From sequence record SRR20825006_2411: a stretch of DNA of 34,488 nucleotides; one strand, written 5' to 3'. The position numbers were made by a program, and so were the translations under genes. Shown here piece by piece: positions 1-9,587 of the stretch. The notes beneath the pieces are model-generated. The model saw only the letters and a list, made by a program, of their open reading frames with translations. It was not told where the DNA came from and did not search any database. How positions within the stretch are numbered: position 1 is the stretch's first letter; the number at the start of each line of letters is the position of its first letter.

Positions 1-2
1 AT

Positions 3-1223
3 TCGACCGTTTACAACAGTGAGTTGCTGGGTGCGGAGAATTTCGGTGCTGCGGCCACGACTGCGGCTGCCAATGGCACGGTTGATCTGGGTGCCGGCGC
101 CGGCGCTAACCTGGCCACAACCGTTTTCTCCGACGCGCAGGAAATGACGGTGACCGTCAATGGCGCCCCGGTGACGTTCAAGTTCTATGCGTCGCCGTCC
201 ACTGCGCCGACAACCGGCGTGGGGATCAATCTCGACGCGCCCAAGACGGTTCAGGATGTGCTGGACGAGATGCAGGATGGTCTGCGCGACTTTGGCGGCG
301 GCGCGGCGGCTTCTGCGACCGTGGGCCTGAATGGCGGCAATCAGCTCGCCATCTCGCTGGGTACCGACTACCACGCCTCGTTCTCGATCAGCGGCACAAC
401 GCCAGCCCTGGCAACTGCCCTTGGTCTGGGGGAGCCGCAGGCCTCCTCGGACCCGACCCTGGGCACGGTCAACACCATCTCGGCCGATGACGCCGATGAT
501 TTCGTGGCCAATTCGATCTCAGGTGGCGCCATCACCGTCTATGCCAGCAATGGTGCGCCGGTGAACGTGCAGTTGCGCTGGGCCAAGGTGGATAGTGCAG
601 CGTCCGGCGGCTCGGACCAGTGGAACCTGTTCTATCTTTCGGACAGCGCGGCCGTTGGCGGGTCGACCGCCTGGACCAATATCGGCCAGGATTACGACTT
701 CAACAGCAATGGTTCGCTGGCCAACAGCGTGCCGCAGGCCACCATCAGCAATCTGCGCGTCAATGGCGTGCTGATCGGCGATGTGGTGCTGCAGCACGAA
801 ACCAATGGTGTCTCCCAGTTTGCCGACGTCAACGGCACCGTGACCGTCTCCACACTCAATCAAAACGGTTATGGCGCGGGTGAATTCCTCTCGGTGGCCA
901 TCACCGACTCCGGCCGCGTCGTCGCCACCTATTCCAATGGTGAGCGCATCGAAATGGCGCAGGTGGTGACGGCCCAGTTCAATGGCGTCAACTCGCTCAA
1001 GCGTCTCGATGGCGGCGTTTACGAGGCCACCTCGGAATCGGGCGAGCCGATCTTCGATCTGTCCGGCTCAGGTGTCATCGGTGGTGCGCTTGAAGCGTCC
1101 AATACCGACATTTCCGACGAATTCACCAAGCTGATCATCACCCAGCAGGCCTATTCGGCCGGCACCCGCATCGTCTCGACGGCTGACGAGATGCTGCAGG
1201 AAGCTCTGAACATGATCCGCTAG
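3..1223 (+). CDS. flgE: Flagellar hook protein FlgE (5' partial, runs off the window)
   Basis: Frame is open from the window start. C-terminus GALEASNTDISDEFTKLIITQQAYSAGTRIVSTADEMLQE is the rod/hook C-terminal motif, preceded by NQNGYGAGEF. Lies upstream of flgK. Confidence 0.95.
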   Translation, partial: STVYNSELLGAENFGAAATTAAANGTVDLGAGAGANLATTVFSDAQEMTVTVNGAPVTFKFYASPSTAPTTGVGINLDAPKTVQDVLDEMQDGLRDFGGGAAASATVGLNGGNQLAISLGTDYHASFSISGTTPALATALGLGEPQASSDPTLGTVNTISADDADDFVANSISGGAITVYASNGAPVNVQLRWAKVDSAASGGSDQWNLFYLSDSAAVGGSTAWTNIGQDYDFNSNGSLANSVPQATISNLRVNGVLIGDVVLQHETNGVSQFADVNGTVTVSTLNQNGYGAGEFLSVAITDSGRVVATYSNGERIEMAQVVTAQFNGVNSLKRLDGGVYEATSESGEPIFDLSGSGVIGGALEASNTDISDEFTKLIITQQAYSAGTRIVSTADEMLQEALNMIR

Positions 1224-1290
1224 GGCGGCAACTAAGTAAGGGTCCGGGGCAGGGTGTCCCGGACCTCAGTCCAGTTTGAGGGCCGCTTGC

Positions 1291-3138
1291 ATGGGTCTGG
1301 TTTCTTCGCTTTCAAATGCTGTGTCGGGTCTGCGGACCAGTCAGGATTCGATCTCGATCCTGAGCCGCAATATTGCCAATTCCGGCACCCCCGGATATCA
1401 CCGGCAGTCGCTGAACATCATCGACTACTCGTCGGTCAACAGCACCTATGCGCGGACCGAAGGGGTCAATCGCGCCTTCAACCAGAGCCTGCAGACCTAT
1501 TACAATCGCCAGGTGTCGGACACCTCGGCGTCCAACGTCACGGGCAATTATCTCAACAAGCTGCAGGGCTATCTGGGCAAGCCGGGTGATGCCGGTTCGC
1601 TCGATACCATGTTCGGGTCGTTCAAGAATTCGCTGCAGGCGCTGGCCACCAGCCCTGACGACTATTCGACCCGCGCCAATGTGGTAGCCGAAGCGCAGGC
1701 CATGGCACGGCAGCTCAATTCGCTGTCCAACTCCATCCAGCAGCTCCGGCAGGAGACCGAGACACGCATCTCGAACGATGTGTCCGAGGTCAATGCGATG
1801 CTCATCTCCCTCGATGAGGTGAACAACCGCATGCTCGACCTGGGCATGACCGATACCGCGCGCGCCCAGCTCTTTGACCAGCGCGACCGGCTTGTGGCCT
1901 CGGTGGCAGAAGTCATCGACGTGCAGGCCGAGTATCGCCCGGATGGCACGGTGGCGTTGATGACGCGGTCCGGCGTCGGCCTGATCGACAATGGCTTTTC
2001 GACCTTCAAGTTCACCACGGCCGGGGCGCTGTCGGCGACTTCGCAGACAAATGTCGACACCTCGCAGAGCAAGGTGGGCAAGCTGACGCTGACAACACCC
2101 TCTGGCCTCACCATCGATCTGGTGCAGCAGGGCGTGTTGCAGGGCGGTGAAATGGCCGGTCTGGTCAACCTGCGCGACAAAATTCTCGTGGAGGCCCAGA
2201 ACCAGCTCGATGAAATCGCGGCCGGCATGGCCTCGATCTTTTCCACGATCACCACCCCCGGCACGGCTGCCGATGACGGGCTTGGCGCTACCGGCCTTTC
2301 GGCCGATATTTCGCATCTGAAGCCCGGCAATGACATCCTGCTCAACTACACCGTCAACGGGGCCGAGCAGCGCGTCCGTGTCATCAACAGCACCAATGGC
2401 GAAGACTTTGTCGATGCCAGCGGGCAGCGGGTGATCTCGGTCGATTTCGGCGATCCTCCGGACGCGACAGCGGTTGCGGCAGCGCTGCAGGGCGAATTGC
2501 CGGGCCTGGCGATCACCAGCCCCAGCGCCGGCGTCTTGCAGGTTCTGGATGACGGTACGGGTGGCGCGCGGGATGTGACGGCGCTGACCACGCGCGGCAC
2601 GGCGAGCGGGACCCAGCAGGGCGAACTGGCCATGGCGCTGTTCGTGGACCAGGGCAATTCGGCCTTCACCGACAACCTCGATACCGATCCGCCGCAGATC
2701 GTGGGCTTTGCTTCGCGCATTTCGGTCAATCCGGCCGTGATCTCCGACAATCGCCTGCTGGTGCAGTTCGATATCGACCAGACATTGGGCGATGCATCGC
2801 GGCCCGAATACATTCTGGATCAGCTTGGCTCGATGAACTTTGTGTCGGGCAGCACCCCGGCGGCCAATGCCGGGCGGCATCAGCTCAATGGCACGGTCGA
2901 GCAATTGATCGAGCAGGTGCTGAACTACCAGGGCACCAGCATCGGCTCGGCGCTCAGCGCGCAGAGCAACCGCCAGCTCACGCTCGATACCATCACCACC
3001 CAGATGGAGAGCGAATATGGCGTCAATCTCGACGAAGAGATGGCGCGCCTGACTGAATTGCAGAGTGCCTATGCCGCCAATGCCCGCGTGGTTTCGGTGG
3101 TCAAGGAATTGCTCGACACCCTGTTTGCCTCGACCTGA
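1291..3138 (+). CDS. flgK: Hook-associated protein 1 FlgK
   Basis: N-terminal SLSNAVSGLRTSQ..SRNIANSGTPGYHRQ and C-terminal GVNLDEEMARLTELQSAYAANARVV; ATG at 1291. Confidence 0.95.
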   Translation: MGLVSSLSNAVSGLRTSQDSISILSRNIANSGTPGYHRQSLNIIDYSSVNSTYARTEGVNRAFNQSLQTYYNRQVSDTSASNVTGNYLNKLQGYLGKPGDAGSLDTMFGSFKNSLQALATSPDDYSTRANVVAEAQAMARQLNSLSNSIQQLRQETETRISNDVSEVNAMLISLDEVNNRMLDLGMTDTARAQLFDQRDRLVASVAEVIDVQAEYRPDGTVALMTRSGVGLIDNGFSTFKFTTAGALSATSQTNVDTSQSKVGKLTLTTPSGLTIDLVQQGVLQGGEMAGLVNLRDKILVEAQNQLDEIAAGMASIFSTITTPGTAADDGLGATGLSADISHLKPGNDILLNYTVNGAEQRVRVINSTNGEDFVDASGQRVISVDFGDPPDATAVAAALQGELPGLAITSPSAGVLQVLDDGTGGARDVTALTTRGTASGTQQGELAMALFVDQGNSAFTDNLDTDPPQIVGFASRISVNPAVISDNRLLVQFDIDQTLGDASRPEYILDQLGSMNFVSGSTPAANAGRHQLNGTVEQLIEQVLNYQGTSIGSALSAQSNRQLTLDTITTQMESEYGVNLDEEMARLTELQSAYAANARVVSVVKELLDTLFAST

Positions 3139-3152
3139 GGGAGTAGCCTGAC

Positions 3153-5135
3153 ATGCTCGTCAACAAGTCCATGTATCCGCTCACGACCGGCTTTTCCATC
3201 ATCTCCAAGATGCAGGACACGTTCGCGCAGTTGCAGATGCAGCTTGGCACCGGCGTCAAGGCGCAGACGCTCTCGGAAATGGGCCGGGACCTACCGGTGT
3301 CGCTCTCGGTGCGGTCGCGCCTCACCACGATGGCCGGCTACAATGCCAGCATCGAACAGGTCGATCTGCGCATGAGCTTTTACGACAATGCGCTGACGCG
3401 GCTGGACGAAATCGAGGGCGAGGCCCGCAATTCGGCGGTGCAGGGGCAATATGGCTCGAGCAATATCAACATGGCCACCATTTCGAGCCTGTCCAAGGCG
3501 CGGCTGGACGAAATGGTGACGCTGCTCAACTCCGACATTGCCGGGCGGTATCTGTTCGGCGGCGCGACGACCGACAAGGCGCCCTTGCCGACCACAACCG
3601 AACTGCTCGAAGGCGCCGGCGGCCGGGCTGGCTACAAGACCGTGGTCACCGAGCGGCAAATGGCCGATCTTGGTTCGGCCGGGCTGGGGCGCCTCGGGAC
3701 GACAATCACCCCCGCTGCGCCGGCCCTGCAGACCGATCCGGTGACAGTCTCGCTGGCCGAGGATGGGGACCATCCGTTCGGCTACAAGCTGTCCACCGTT
3801 TCGGCTATCGGCGCCAATATCGGGATTGTCTCGGACTTTGCGGCCTCGCCTGCCAATGTGGATTTCACCTTCCCAGGCGACCCGGGGACCGTGGAAGAGG
3901 GGGATAGTGTCACCCTCGGCTTCACCCTGCCCGATGGTACGGAAACCCAAATTACCCTCAAGGCCGTGAGCGCGGCCAATGCATCGGGCGCCACCGGGGA
4001 GTTCGTCATCGGGGATGATCCGTTGACGGCGACCATCACCACGGCCACCAATTTCGACAATGCCCTCAAGGCAGCGCTGCAGGAGACTGCGGAGAGCGAG
4101 CTGAAGGCCGCTTCGACCTATGAGGCCGGGGAGAACTTCTTCAACGCCGCCGGTGAGCCGGTGCTGCGCGTGGAGGGGGCTGATCCCTACACCTCAACCA
4201 GCCTGCGCGTGGCCACCAAGACCGATACGGTGATGTGGTATAGCGGCGAGACCGCTGCTGTTTCCGCCATCGGCATGGGGCGCCTGACAGCGGCGCGTGC
4301 CGCCGAAACAGTGACGCTGACCGAGAATATTCCGGTGTCCTCGGCGCATGGGTTCCAGATTTCTGCCGTGACATCCAATGTCACCAATGCGGGTGCGTTG
4401 ACGGCGACCCACACGCCCGGCGATCCGGCCTCGATGTCTGTCGCCTTTGACGACACTTTCGCGCTGACAGCGGGCGACAGCGTCACCGTGACCCTGACGG
4501 AGCCGGGCGGCAAGACGCGAGACGTGACGCTGACGGCGGTGACCGGGCGCGCCGGGCCGGGACAGTTCACCATTGGCGCGGATGAAGCGGCCTCCGCTGA
4601 GAATTTTGAAAAGGCGATGATCCGTTCGGTGTCCGAAGTGGCGACGGCAGCGGAAGGCAATCCGCGCCAGTCAGTGACGGCGGCTGTCGAGGATTCGGGG
4701 CGCGTTGCCTATGGCATGCAGGCCAATGAGAGCGGCTATCTGCGCATGATCCGCTCGATGGCGGCGATGACGGTCGAGACCTATCCCGAAATCACCAATG
4801 CGACCGATCCCAATTCGGTTGATCTGGACCCGGCCAAGGCACGGTTCGACGCCATGGCGCGCCGGCAGCAGCTTGAATTGTCGGAAGGGCGCAATTCGGA
4901 ACGCGGTTCGATCGAGCTGATCACCATGGAGCTGGGCGTTGCTCGCGCCGGCTTGCAGGCTGCCGGTGAGCGGCACACCAATTACACCGCGCAGCTGGAG
5001 AACCTGCTGAGCGATGTGGAGACGATCAGCAAGGAGGATGTGGCCATGGAGATCCTGGCGCTGCAGACCCGCCTCACCGCCAGCTATCAGATGACCTCGA
5101 TGGTCAGCAAGTTGAGCCTGGTGAACTATCTCTAG
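3153..5135 (+). CDS. flgL: Hook-associated protein 3 FlgL (long, flagellin-family)
   Basis: Follows flgK with RBS GAGGGAG. Motifs LLNSDIAGRYLFGG and C-terminal EDVAMEILALQTRLTASYQMTSMVSKLSLVNYL. Confidence 0.9.
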   Translation: MLVNKSMYPLTTGFSIISKMQDTFAQLQMQLGTGVKAQTLSEMGRDLPVSLSVRSRLTTMAGYNASIEQVDLRMSFYDNALTRLDEIEGEARNSAVQGQYGSSNINMATISSLSKARLDEMVTLLNSDIAGRYLFGGATTDKAPLPTTTELLEGAGGRAGYKTVVTERQMADLGSAGLGRLGTTITPAAPALQTDPVTVSLAEDGDHPFGYKLSTVSAIGANIGIVSDFAASPANVDFTFPGDPGTVEEGDSVTLGFTLPDGTETQITLKAVSAANASGATGEFVIGDDPLTATITTATNFDNALKAALQETAESELKAASTYEAGENFFNAAGEPVLRVEGADPYTSTSLRVATKTDTVMWYSGETAAVSAIGMGRLTAARAAETVTLTENIPVSSAHGFQISAVTSNVTNAGALTATHTPGDPASMSVAFDDTFALTAGDSVTVTLTEPGGKTRDVTLTAVTGRAGPGQFTIGADEAASAENFEKAMIRSVSEVATAAEGNPRQSVTAAVEDSGRVAYGMQANESGYLRMIRSMAAMTVETYPEITNATDPNSVDLDPAKARFDAMARRQQLELSEGRNSERGSIELITMELGVARAGLQAAGERHTNYTAQLENLLSDVETISKEDVAMEILALQTRLTASYQMTSMVSKLSLVNYL

Positions 5136-5183
5136 GCCAGGGGGCGGGCCGCGCCCGTCCTTGGCTCCAATCTACCGGCAAAC

Positions 5184-5213
5184 GAAAAGCCCCGCAGCGA
5201 TGCGGGGCTTTTC
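5184..5213. terminator. Bidirectional intrinsic terminator between convergent flgL and flaF
   Basis: Perfect inverted repeat GAAAAGCCCCGCA-GCGA-TGCGGGGCTTTTC with A/T tails. Confidence 0.85.
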
Positions 5214-5234
5214 TCTATTTAACGGTCCAGCGGC

Positions 5235-5609
5235 TTACATGCCGCGCAGGCCCGCCGCAATCTGTCGGTTGAGCTGCACCAGAACCGTCAGATGATCGGT
5301 CACGGTCACGTCTTCATAGAGAATTTCGCGGGTCTGGTTCATCACGAACATGCCCAGATTGGCGATGTTCTGACGAATTTCCGGGGGCAGGGGGCTGTCA
5401 TCCTGGGTGACGGCCGACATGAAGATGGTCCAGAGCTTGCGATTGAAGGTCAGGGCCGAGCGGAGTTCCTCGGTGGTCGAGATGTCCCACTCATCCTTGA
5501 CCTTCTGCAGGCCCGCTGCTGCCTTCATAAGCAGAGCTGATTCACGCTGGCGGGGGTTTTCAACGACTTTCGCCGTCTGCTGGTACGCCTGGGCGCCGTG
5601 CTGATGCAT
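5235..5609 (-). CDS. flaF: Flagellar biosynthesis regulator FlaF
   Basis: Motifs AYQQTA..RQRES, ALTFNRKLWTIF, LPPEIRQNIANLGMFV, LVQLNRQIAAGL. ATG at 5609 overlaps the flbT 3' end. Confidence 0.93.
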   Translation of the reverse strand: MHQHGAQAYQQTAKVVENPRQRESALLMKAAAGLQKVKDEWDISTTEELRSALTFNRKLWTIFMSAVTQDDSPLPPEIRQNIANLGMFVMNQTREILYEDVTVTDHLTVLVQLNRQIAAGLRGM

Positions 5610-5985
5610 GTTTGAGCAGGTCCTGTTCGTATTCAATAAGCCTTTGAGAGGCCTTGAGAGCTTTGTACAGGGACCCGGTTAATATCTCGTTATTGATTTG
5701 GTCGACAATCGGTAGAGAACTGGGCACAGCGGCCACAAAGTCTCTGGACATCTCATTGTAGGTTTCTGTCGCCCGCTCGGAGTCTTCGGAGATATACATC
5801 AGCTGCACGGCCAGATAGATGCGCTTGGCCGGCGTATTGGCGGTCTCGGATGTCAGGATATCCTTTTCGCGCAGGATAGGCGCATTGCCATCGATAAACA
5901 GGCGCGTGCGCTGGTCTGAATTGGTGATGATGCAATTGCCCACCAACAATTTCTCGCCGGGCTTCAGTTCGACCTTCAGGGCCAT
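5560..5985 (-). CDS. flbT: Flagellin translational regulator FlbT
   Basis: MALKVELKPGEKLLVG..ILREKDILT..ANTPAKRIYLAVQLMY..YKALK signature. Confidence 0.95.
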   Translation of the reverse strand: MALKVELKPGEKLLVGNCIITNSDQRTRLFIDGNAPILREKDILTSETANTPAKRIYLAVQLMYISEDSERATETYNEMSRDFVAAVPSSLPIVDQINNEILTGSLYKALKASQRLIEYEQDLLKHASARRPGVPADGESR

Positions 5986-6051
5986 GAGACCAATCTCCGC
6001 GGACTCGGGGAATACCTGAACTGTCTAGCCCCAGATTGCGGCAAAAACAAC

Positions 6052-6076
6052 GAAGGCGGGCCTCTGGCCCGCCTTC
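6052..6076 (-). terminator. Terminator downstream of flagellin 1
   Basis: GAAGGCGGGCC-TCT-GGCCCGCCTTC hairpin followed on the minus strand by GTTGTTTTT. Confidence 0.7.
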
Positions 6077-6099
6077 TTAAAGTGCGCTTGGTAAGCGAT

Positions 6100-7713
6100 T
6101 TACTGCAGTAGCTGCAGGATCGACTGATCGGCCTGGCTGGCCAGTGACAGCGAGTTCTGGGAAAGCTGCTGCCGGGTCTGGAGCGCGAGCAGGTTTGCGG
6201 CTTCGGTGTTCATGTCCGCCAGGGTCAGATTGCCGGCGCCGGTTTCGAGCGTGTTGATCATCGCCTCGGTGAACGACTTGCGGTTCTGCACGATCGAGAG
6301 GTTCGAGCCGAAGGTCGAGGCCTGCGAGCGCACTTCGTCCAAGGCCTTCTTCATGTCCGTCAGCAGACCGTCGATGGTGACGTCGCTGTCGAGCTGTTCT
6401 TCCTCGAGCTGGGTCGGCACGCCAAGATTGAAGGCGTTGATGGTCTCACCGTCTTCGGTCTGAATGTCGATTGCCGACGTGCCGGTCTCGTTGAAGGTGA
6501 TGGTCAGCTTGTCGCCGCGCAGCAAGTTGATACCGTTGAACTGGGCATCGTCCGAAAGCTTGTCGAGCTGGTCGCGCAATTCGTTGAACTGGCTGGTCAG
6601 GCTGGCGCGGACGGAATTGCCGAGCACGGTGCTGTTGTCAGTTGCGGTGCCGTCTACGGCGCCGCCGGCGGTAATGCCGTCAACGGTCAGATCCTGCGTG
6701 GACTGGTTCTCGATGCGCAGCTTGCCGTTGTCGTTCGAAGCGCGGATCTTGCCGAACAGCGAGCCGGACTGGAGATTGATCTCGGACACCAGCTCGTCAA
6801 CGGTCTTGGCCGTGTATTCCGTTGCCGTTGTTTGGTTTGGCGCGACGCCGCTGAAGCCGAAATCGGCAAAGGCCAGCGCCGCGCCACCAACGCCGTTGGA
6901 CATCGATCCATTTGATATGACCACAGCCGAGTCGCCATATGGCTCGACTGCAGGTCCGGCAAAGGTCAGCCCGTCCGTCCCGTTCACGCCCACGGTTACG
7001 TCCATGTCAGCGGCTTCAAAGGCGCCGTTCATGGCCTCAACGAGTTCTGCCCGGGTCACCGCATTGCCGTCAGCAACGTCCAGGGTGAACGCGCTGCCGC
7101 CAACATCGACGGTAATCTGATTTGCGCCAGCGGAACCGCGCACTTCAACCGCGACAGCACCGCCTCCATTGACTTCGATGTCGAAATCGATGCCGTCCAG
7201 AGCCTCATTCATGTCAAAGGTCGCCGCACTGGCAGCGGATAGTGTCGTCGTGGAAGCAGCGCCCTTGATCAGGGACACCGATTCGGTCGCTGTATCGCCG
7301 AAGGCGCCGCCACCGAAGGTCAGCACCTTGGCATCTGCGGTGGCGTGGTCTGTGGCGCCATTGAGAACATCGGCCGGATCGAGCGTGTAGGAGGCGGTCT
7401 GGAAGGACTTGTCCTGGCGTGCCTGGCGGAGCGTGGACTGCATCGATTCGAGCGTCTTGGTCATGGCCGAGAGGCCATTGTCCGCCGCTTCCAGGGTCTG
7501 GATGCCGTTGGCCATCGAATCGATCAGGGCACCCAGATCGCTGGCGCGATTGGTCAGGCCCTTGGCGGTGAACCAGTTTGACGGGTTATCCAGTGCCGAA
7601 TTGACCTTATTGCCTGTCGCCAGGCGATTTTGAGTCATCGACATCATGTCGGCAGTGCCCTTGAGCGAGAGCAAATTGGCCCGAACGGCCTTCGAAAGTG
7701 AGATATCCGCCAT
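6100..7713 (-). CDS. Flagellin (537 aa)
   Basis: N-terminal TQNRLATGNKVNSALDNP and C-terminal LTLADMNTEAANLLALQTRQQL..SLASQADQSILQL. Confidence 0.96.
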   Translation of the reverse strand: MADISLSKAVRANLLSLKGTADMMSMTQNRLATGNKVNSALDNPSNWFTAKGLTNRASDLGALIDSMANGIQTLEAADNGLSAMTKTLESMQSTLRQARQDKSFQTASYTLDPADVLNGATDHATADAKVLTFGGGAFGDTATESVSLIKGAASTTTLSAASAATFDMNEALDGIDFDIEVNGGGAVAVEVRGSAGANQITVDVGGSAFTLDVADGNAVTRAELVEAMNGAFEAADMDVTVGVNGTDGLTFAGPAVEPYGDSAVVISNGSMSNGVGGAALAFADFGFSGVAPNQTTATEYTAKTVDELVSEINLQSGSLFGKIRASNDNGKLRIENQSTQDLTVDGITAGGAVDGTATDNSTVLGNSVRASLTSQFNELRDQLDKLSDDAQFNGINLLRGDKLTITFNETGTSAIDIQTEDGETINAFNLGVPTQLEEEQLDSDVTIDGLLTDMKKALDEVRSQASTFGSNLSIVQNRKSFTEAMINTLETGAGNLTLADMNTEAANLLALQTRQQLSQNSLSLASQADQSILQLLQ

Positions 7714-7774
7714 CTAATGCAATCCTTGCCTCAGGCCAGCTTGGCCCCTTGCCCAAAGTGTTAACCGCCTTTTC

Positions 7775-7790
7775 TTAAAGGGTCGTTAAC
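7775..7790. promoter_or_regulatory. CtrA box upstream of flagellin 1
   Basis: TTAA-AGGGTCG-TTAAC is an exact TTAA-N7-TTAAC; extra GTTAAC half-site at 7760-7765. Confidence 0.8.
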
Positions 7791-7846
7791 CATGCGGATT
7801 GACGCCTCATAAACCATAATTTTTCGAGGCTTTGCGGGCGAAACGC

Positions 7847-7875
7847 AAAAAAGGCGGGTCTTGCGACCCGCCTTT
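7847..7875 (-). terminator. Terminator downstream of flagellin 2
   Basis: AAAGGCGGGTC-TTGC-GACCCGCCTTT with an A6 run (U-tract on the minus strand). Confidence 0.85.
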
Positions 7876-7901
7876 CGTATTTTGTGCTGTAGCTGAACCG
7901 A

Positions 7902-9374
7902 TTAACGGATGAGCTGCAGGATCGACTGATCGGCCTGGCTCGCCAGCGAGAGCGAGTTCTGCGACAGGGACTGACGGGTCTGCAGAGCCAGCAGGTTCGC
8001 AGCTTCCGTGTTCATGTCGGCCAGGGTCAGGTTGCCGGCACCAGCTTCGAGGGTGTTGATCATCGAGTCGGTGAAGGTCTGACGGTTTTCCACGATCGAA
8101 AGGTTTGAACCGAAGGTCGAAGCCTGCGAACGAACTTCGTTCAGGGCGGACTTCAGGTTTGCCAATTCGGAGTCGATGTTGTCATCGCTGTCGAGATCGG
8201 TTTCCTCAAGAGTGGTGGCCACGCCCAGATTAGCGGAGTTGATGGTCTCGCCTTCGTCGGTCTGGATGTCGATGGACGACGTGCCAGTTTCGTTGAAGGT
8301 GATCGACAGCTTGTCGCCACGCAGCAGGTTGATACCGTTGAACGAAGCGTCATCGGCGAGCTTGTCGAGCTGGTCGCGCAGTTCGTTGAACTGATCGGCC
8401 AGACCGGCGCGAACCGAGTTGCCTTCGATGGACGATACGTCGGCGGTGGTGCCGTCAACAAGGCCGCTCGTGCCGACGCCATCGACATTCAGGTCCTGAG
8501 TGGACTGGTTTTCGATGCGCAGCTTGCCATTGTCGTTCGAGGCACGAATCTTGCCACTAAGATCGGCGTTCGCGTTGATCTCGGACACGAGCGCATCGAC
8601 CGACTTGGTCGCGTAGACTTCATCCGGAACGGCTTGGGCGGCCAGACCCGGGACGGTACCAGTACCGGCAACGGTGATTTCGCCTTCGTTATCGGCCGCA
8701 GTCAGGACGAGCTGACCATCATCGTTGAGCGCAGCAGTTACACCATGTGCGCCGCCGTTGATGTTGTCCAGGAGATTCTGAACGGTGTCGGTGTCAGCGG
8801 CAGTCACCGTGTAGGTGGAGTTGTCGCCAGCAGTTCCGTTGCCGATGATCAGAGTGTCACCGTCGGCGAGGCCAAGCGCGTCGAGCGTCGAGGCAGCAGT
8901 CAAGCCAGTTGCAGTCGAAGCTGTCGTGGCTGCTTCGGCAGAGTTGGTCTGCGAGGTCAGGTTGATGCTGACCGGATCATCGCCGACAGCGCCGCCGTCA
9001 AACGAAAGCACCGAGGTGTTATCGAGAACGCCGTCGGCAGGCATCGTGTAGGAAGCGGTCTGGAAGGACTTGTCCTGACGGGCCTGACGCAGGGTCGACT
9101 GCATGGATTCGAGGGTCTTGGTCATGGCCGACAGGCCATTGTCCGCAGCTTCAAGCGTCTTAACGCCGTTGGCCATGGAGTCCATCAGAGCACCCAGGTC
9201 GCTTGCGCGGTTGGTGAGGCCCTTGGCAGTGAACCAGCTGGAAGGATTGTCCAGAGCCGAGTTGACCTTGTTACCAGTGGCAAGGCGGTTCTGGGTGGAG
9301 GCCATCATGTCGGCAGTGCCCTTGAGGGACAGCAGGTTCGAGCGGACGGCTTTCGAGAGAGAAATATCGGCCAT
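7902..9374 (-). CDS. Flagellin (490 aa), paralog of 6100..7713
   Basis: Same conserved N- and C-terminal flagellin domains; different central region. Confidence 0.96.
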   Translation of the reverse strand: MADISLSKAVRSNLLSLKGTADMMASTQNRLATGNKVNSALDNPSSWFTAKGLTNRASDLGALMDSMANGVKTLEAADNGLSAMTKTLESMQSTLRQARQDKSFQTASYTMPADGVLDNTSVLSFDGGAVGDDPVSINLTSQTNSAEAATTASTATGLTAASTLDALGLADGDTLIIGNGTAGDNSTYTVTAADTDTVQNLLDNINGGAHGVTAALNDDGQLVLTAADNEGEITVAGTGTVPGLAAQAVPDEVYATKSVDALVSEINANADLSGKIRASNDNGKLRIENQSTQDLNVDGVGTSGLVDGTTADVSSIEGNSVRAGLADQFNELRDQLDKLADDASFNGINLLRGDKLSITFNETGTSSIDIQTDEGETINSANLGVATTLEETDLDSDDNIDSELANLKSALNEVRSQASTFGSNLSIVENRQTFTDSMINTLEAGAGNLTLADMNTEAANLLALQTRQSLSQNSLSLASQADQSILQLIR

Positions 9375-9451
9375 TTTGGCAGGGTCCTTTTCTAGGATTA
9401 CGCATACTAAGACGCCTCTCCTGAGGCAGGCCGATCCTCATCCGTCAGGCT

Positions 9452-9466
9452 ATAAAGAAGCGTTAA
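9452..9466 (-). promoter_or_regulatory. Near-consensus CtrA box upstream of flagellin 2
   Basis: Minus strand reads TTAA-CGCTTCT-TTAT (N7 spacing, one mismatch). Confidence 0.55.
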
Positions 9467-9522
9467 ACGGATGCCGAAATTTTGGGCAAATACTTGTCTA
9501 GAGTTTATCGAACTGAACGCAG

Positions 9523-9547
9523 AAAAGCCCCGGAATCCGGGGCTTTT
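9523..9547. terminator. Intrinsic terminator ending the flgI-flgJ-flgN-hypothetical run
   Basis: AAAAGCCCCGG-AAT-CCGGGGCTTTT. Confidence 0.8.
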
Positions 9548-9587
9548 GTGTCTCGCCGTGGGGGGCGGGAAATAGGAAAGCGTTAAC

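Noticed and set aside
5560-5609. 50-nt flbT/flaF overlap (and 32-nt fliO/fliP overlap) as a frameshift or pseudogene
   Set aside because: Both partners are full-length with intact termini; these are ordinary coupled overlaps.
7724-9430. Complementarity between the two flagellin leaders (CCTTGCCTCAGG at 7724 versus CCTGAGGCAGG at 9420)
   Set aside because: Only 9 contiguous bp in GC-rich sequence; compatible with chance.
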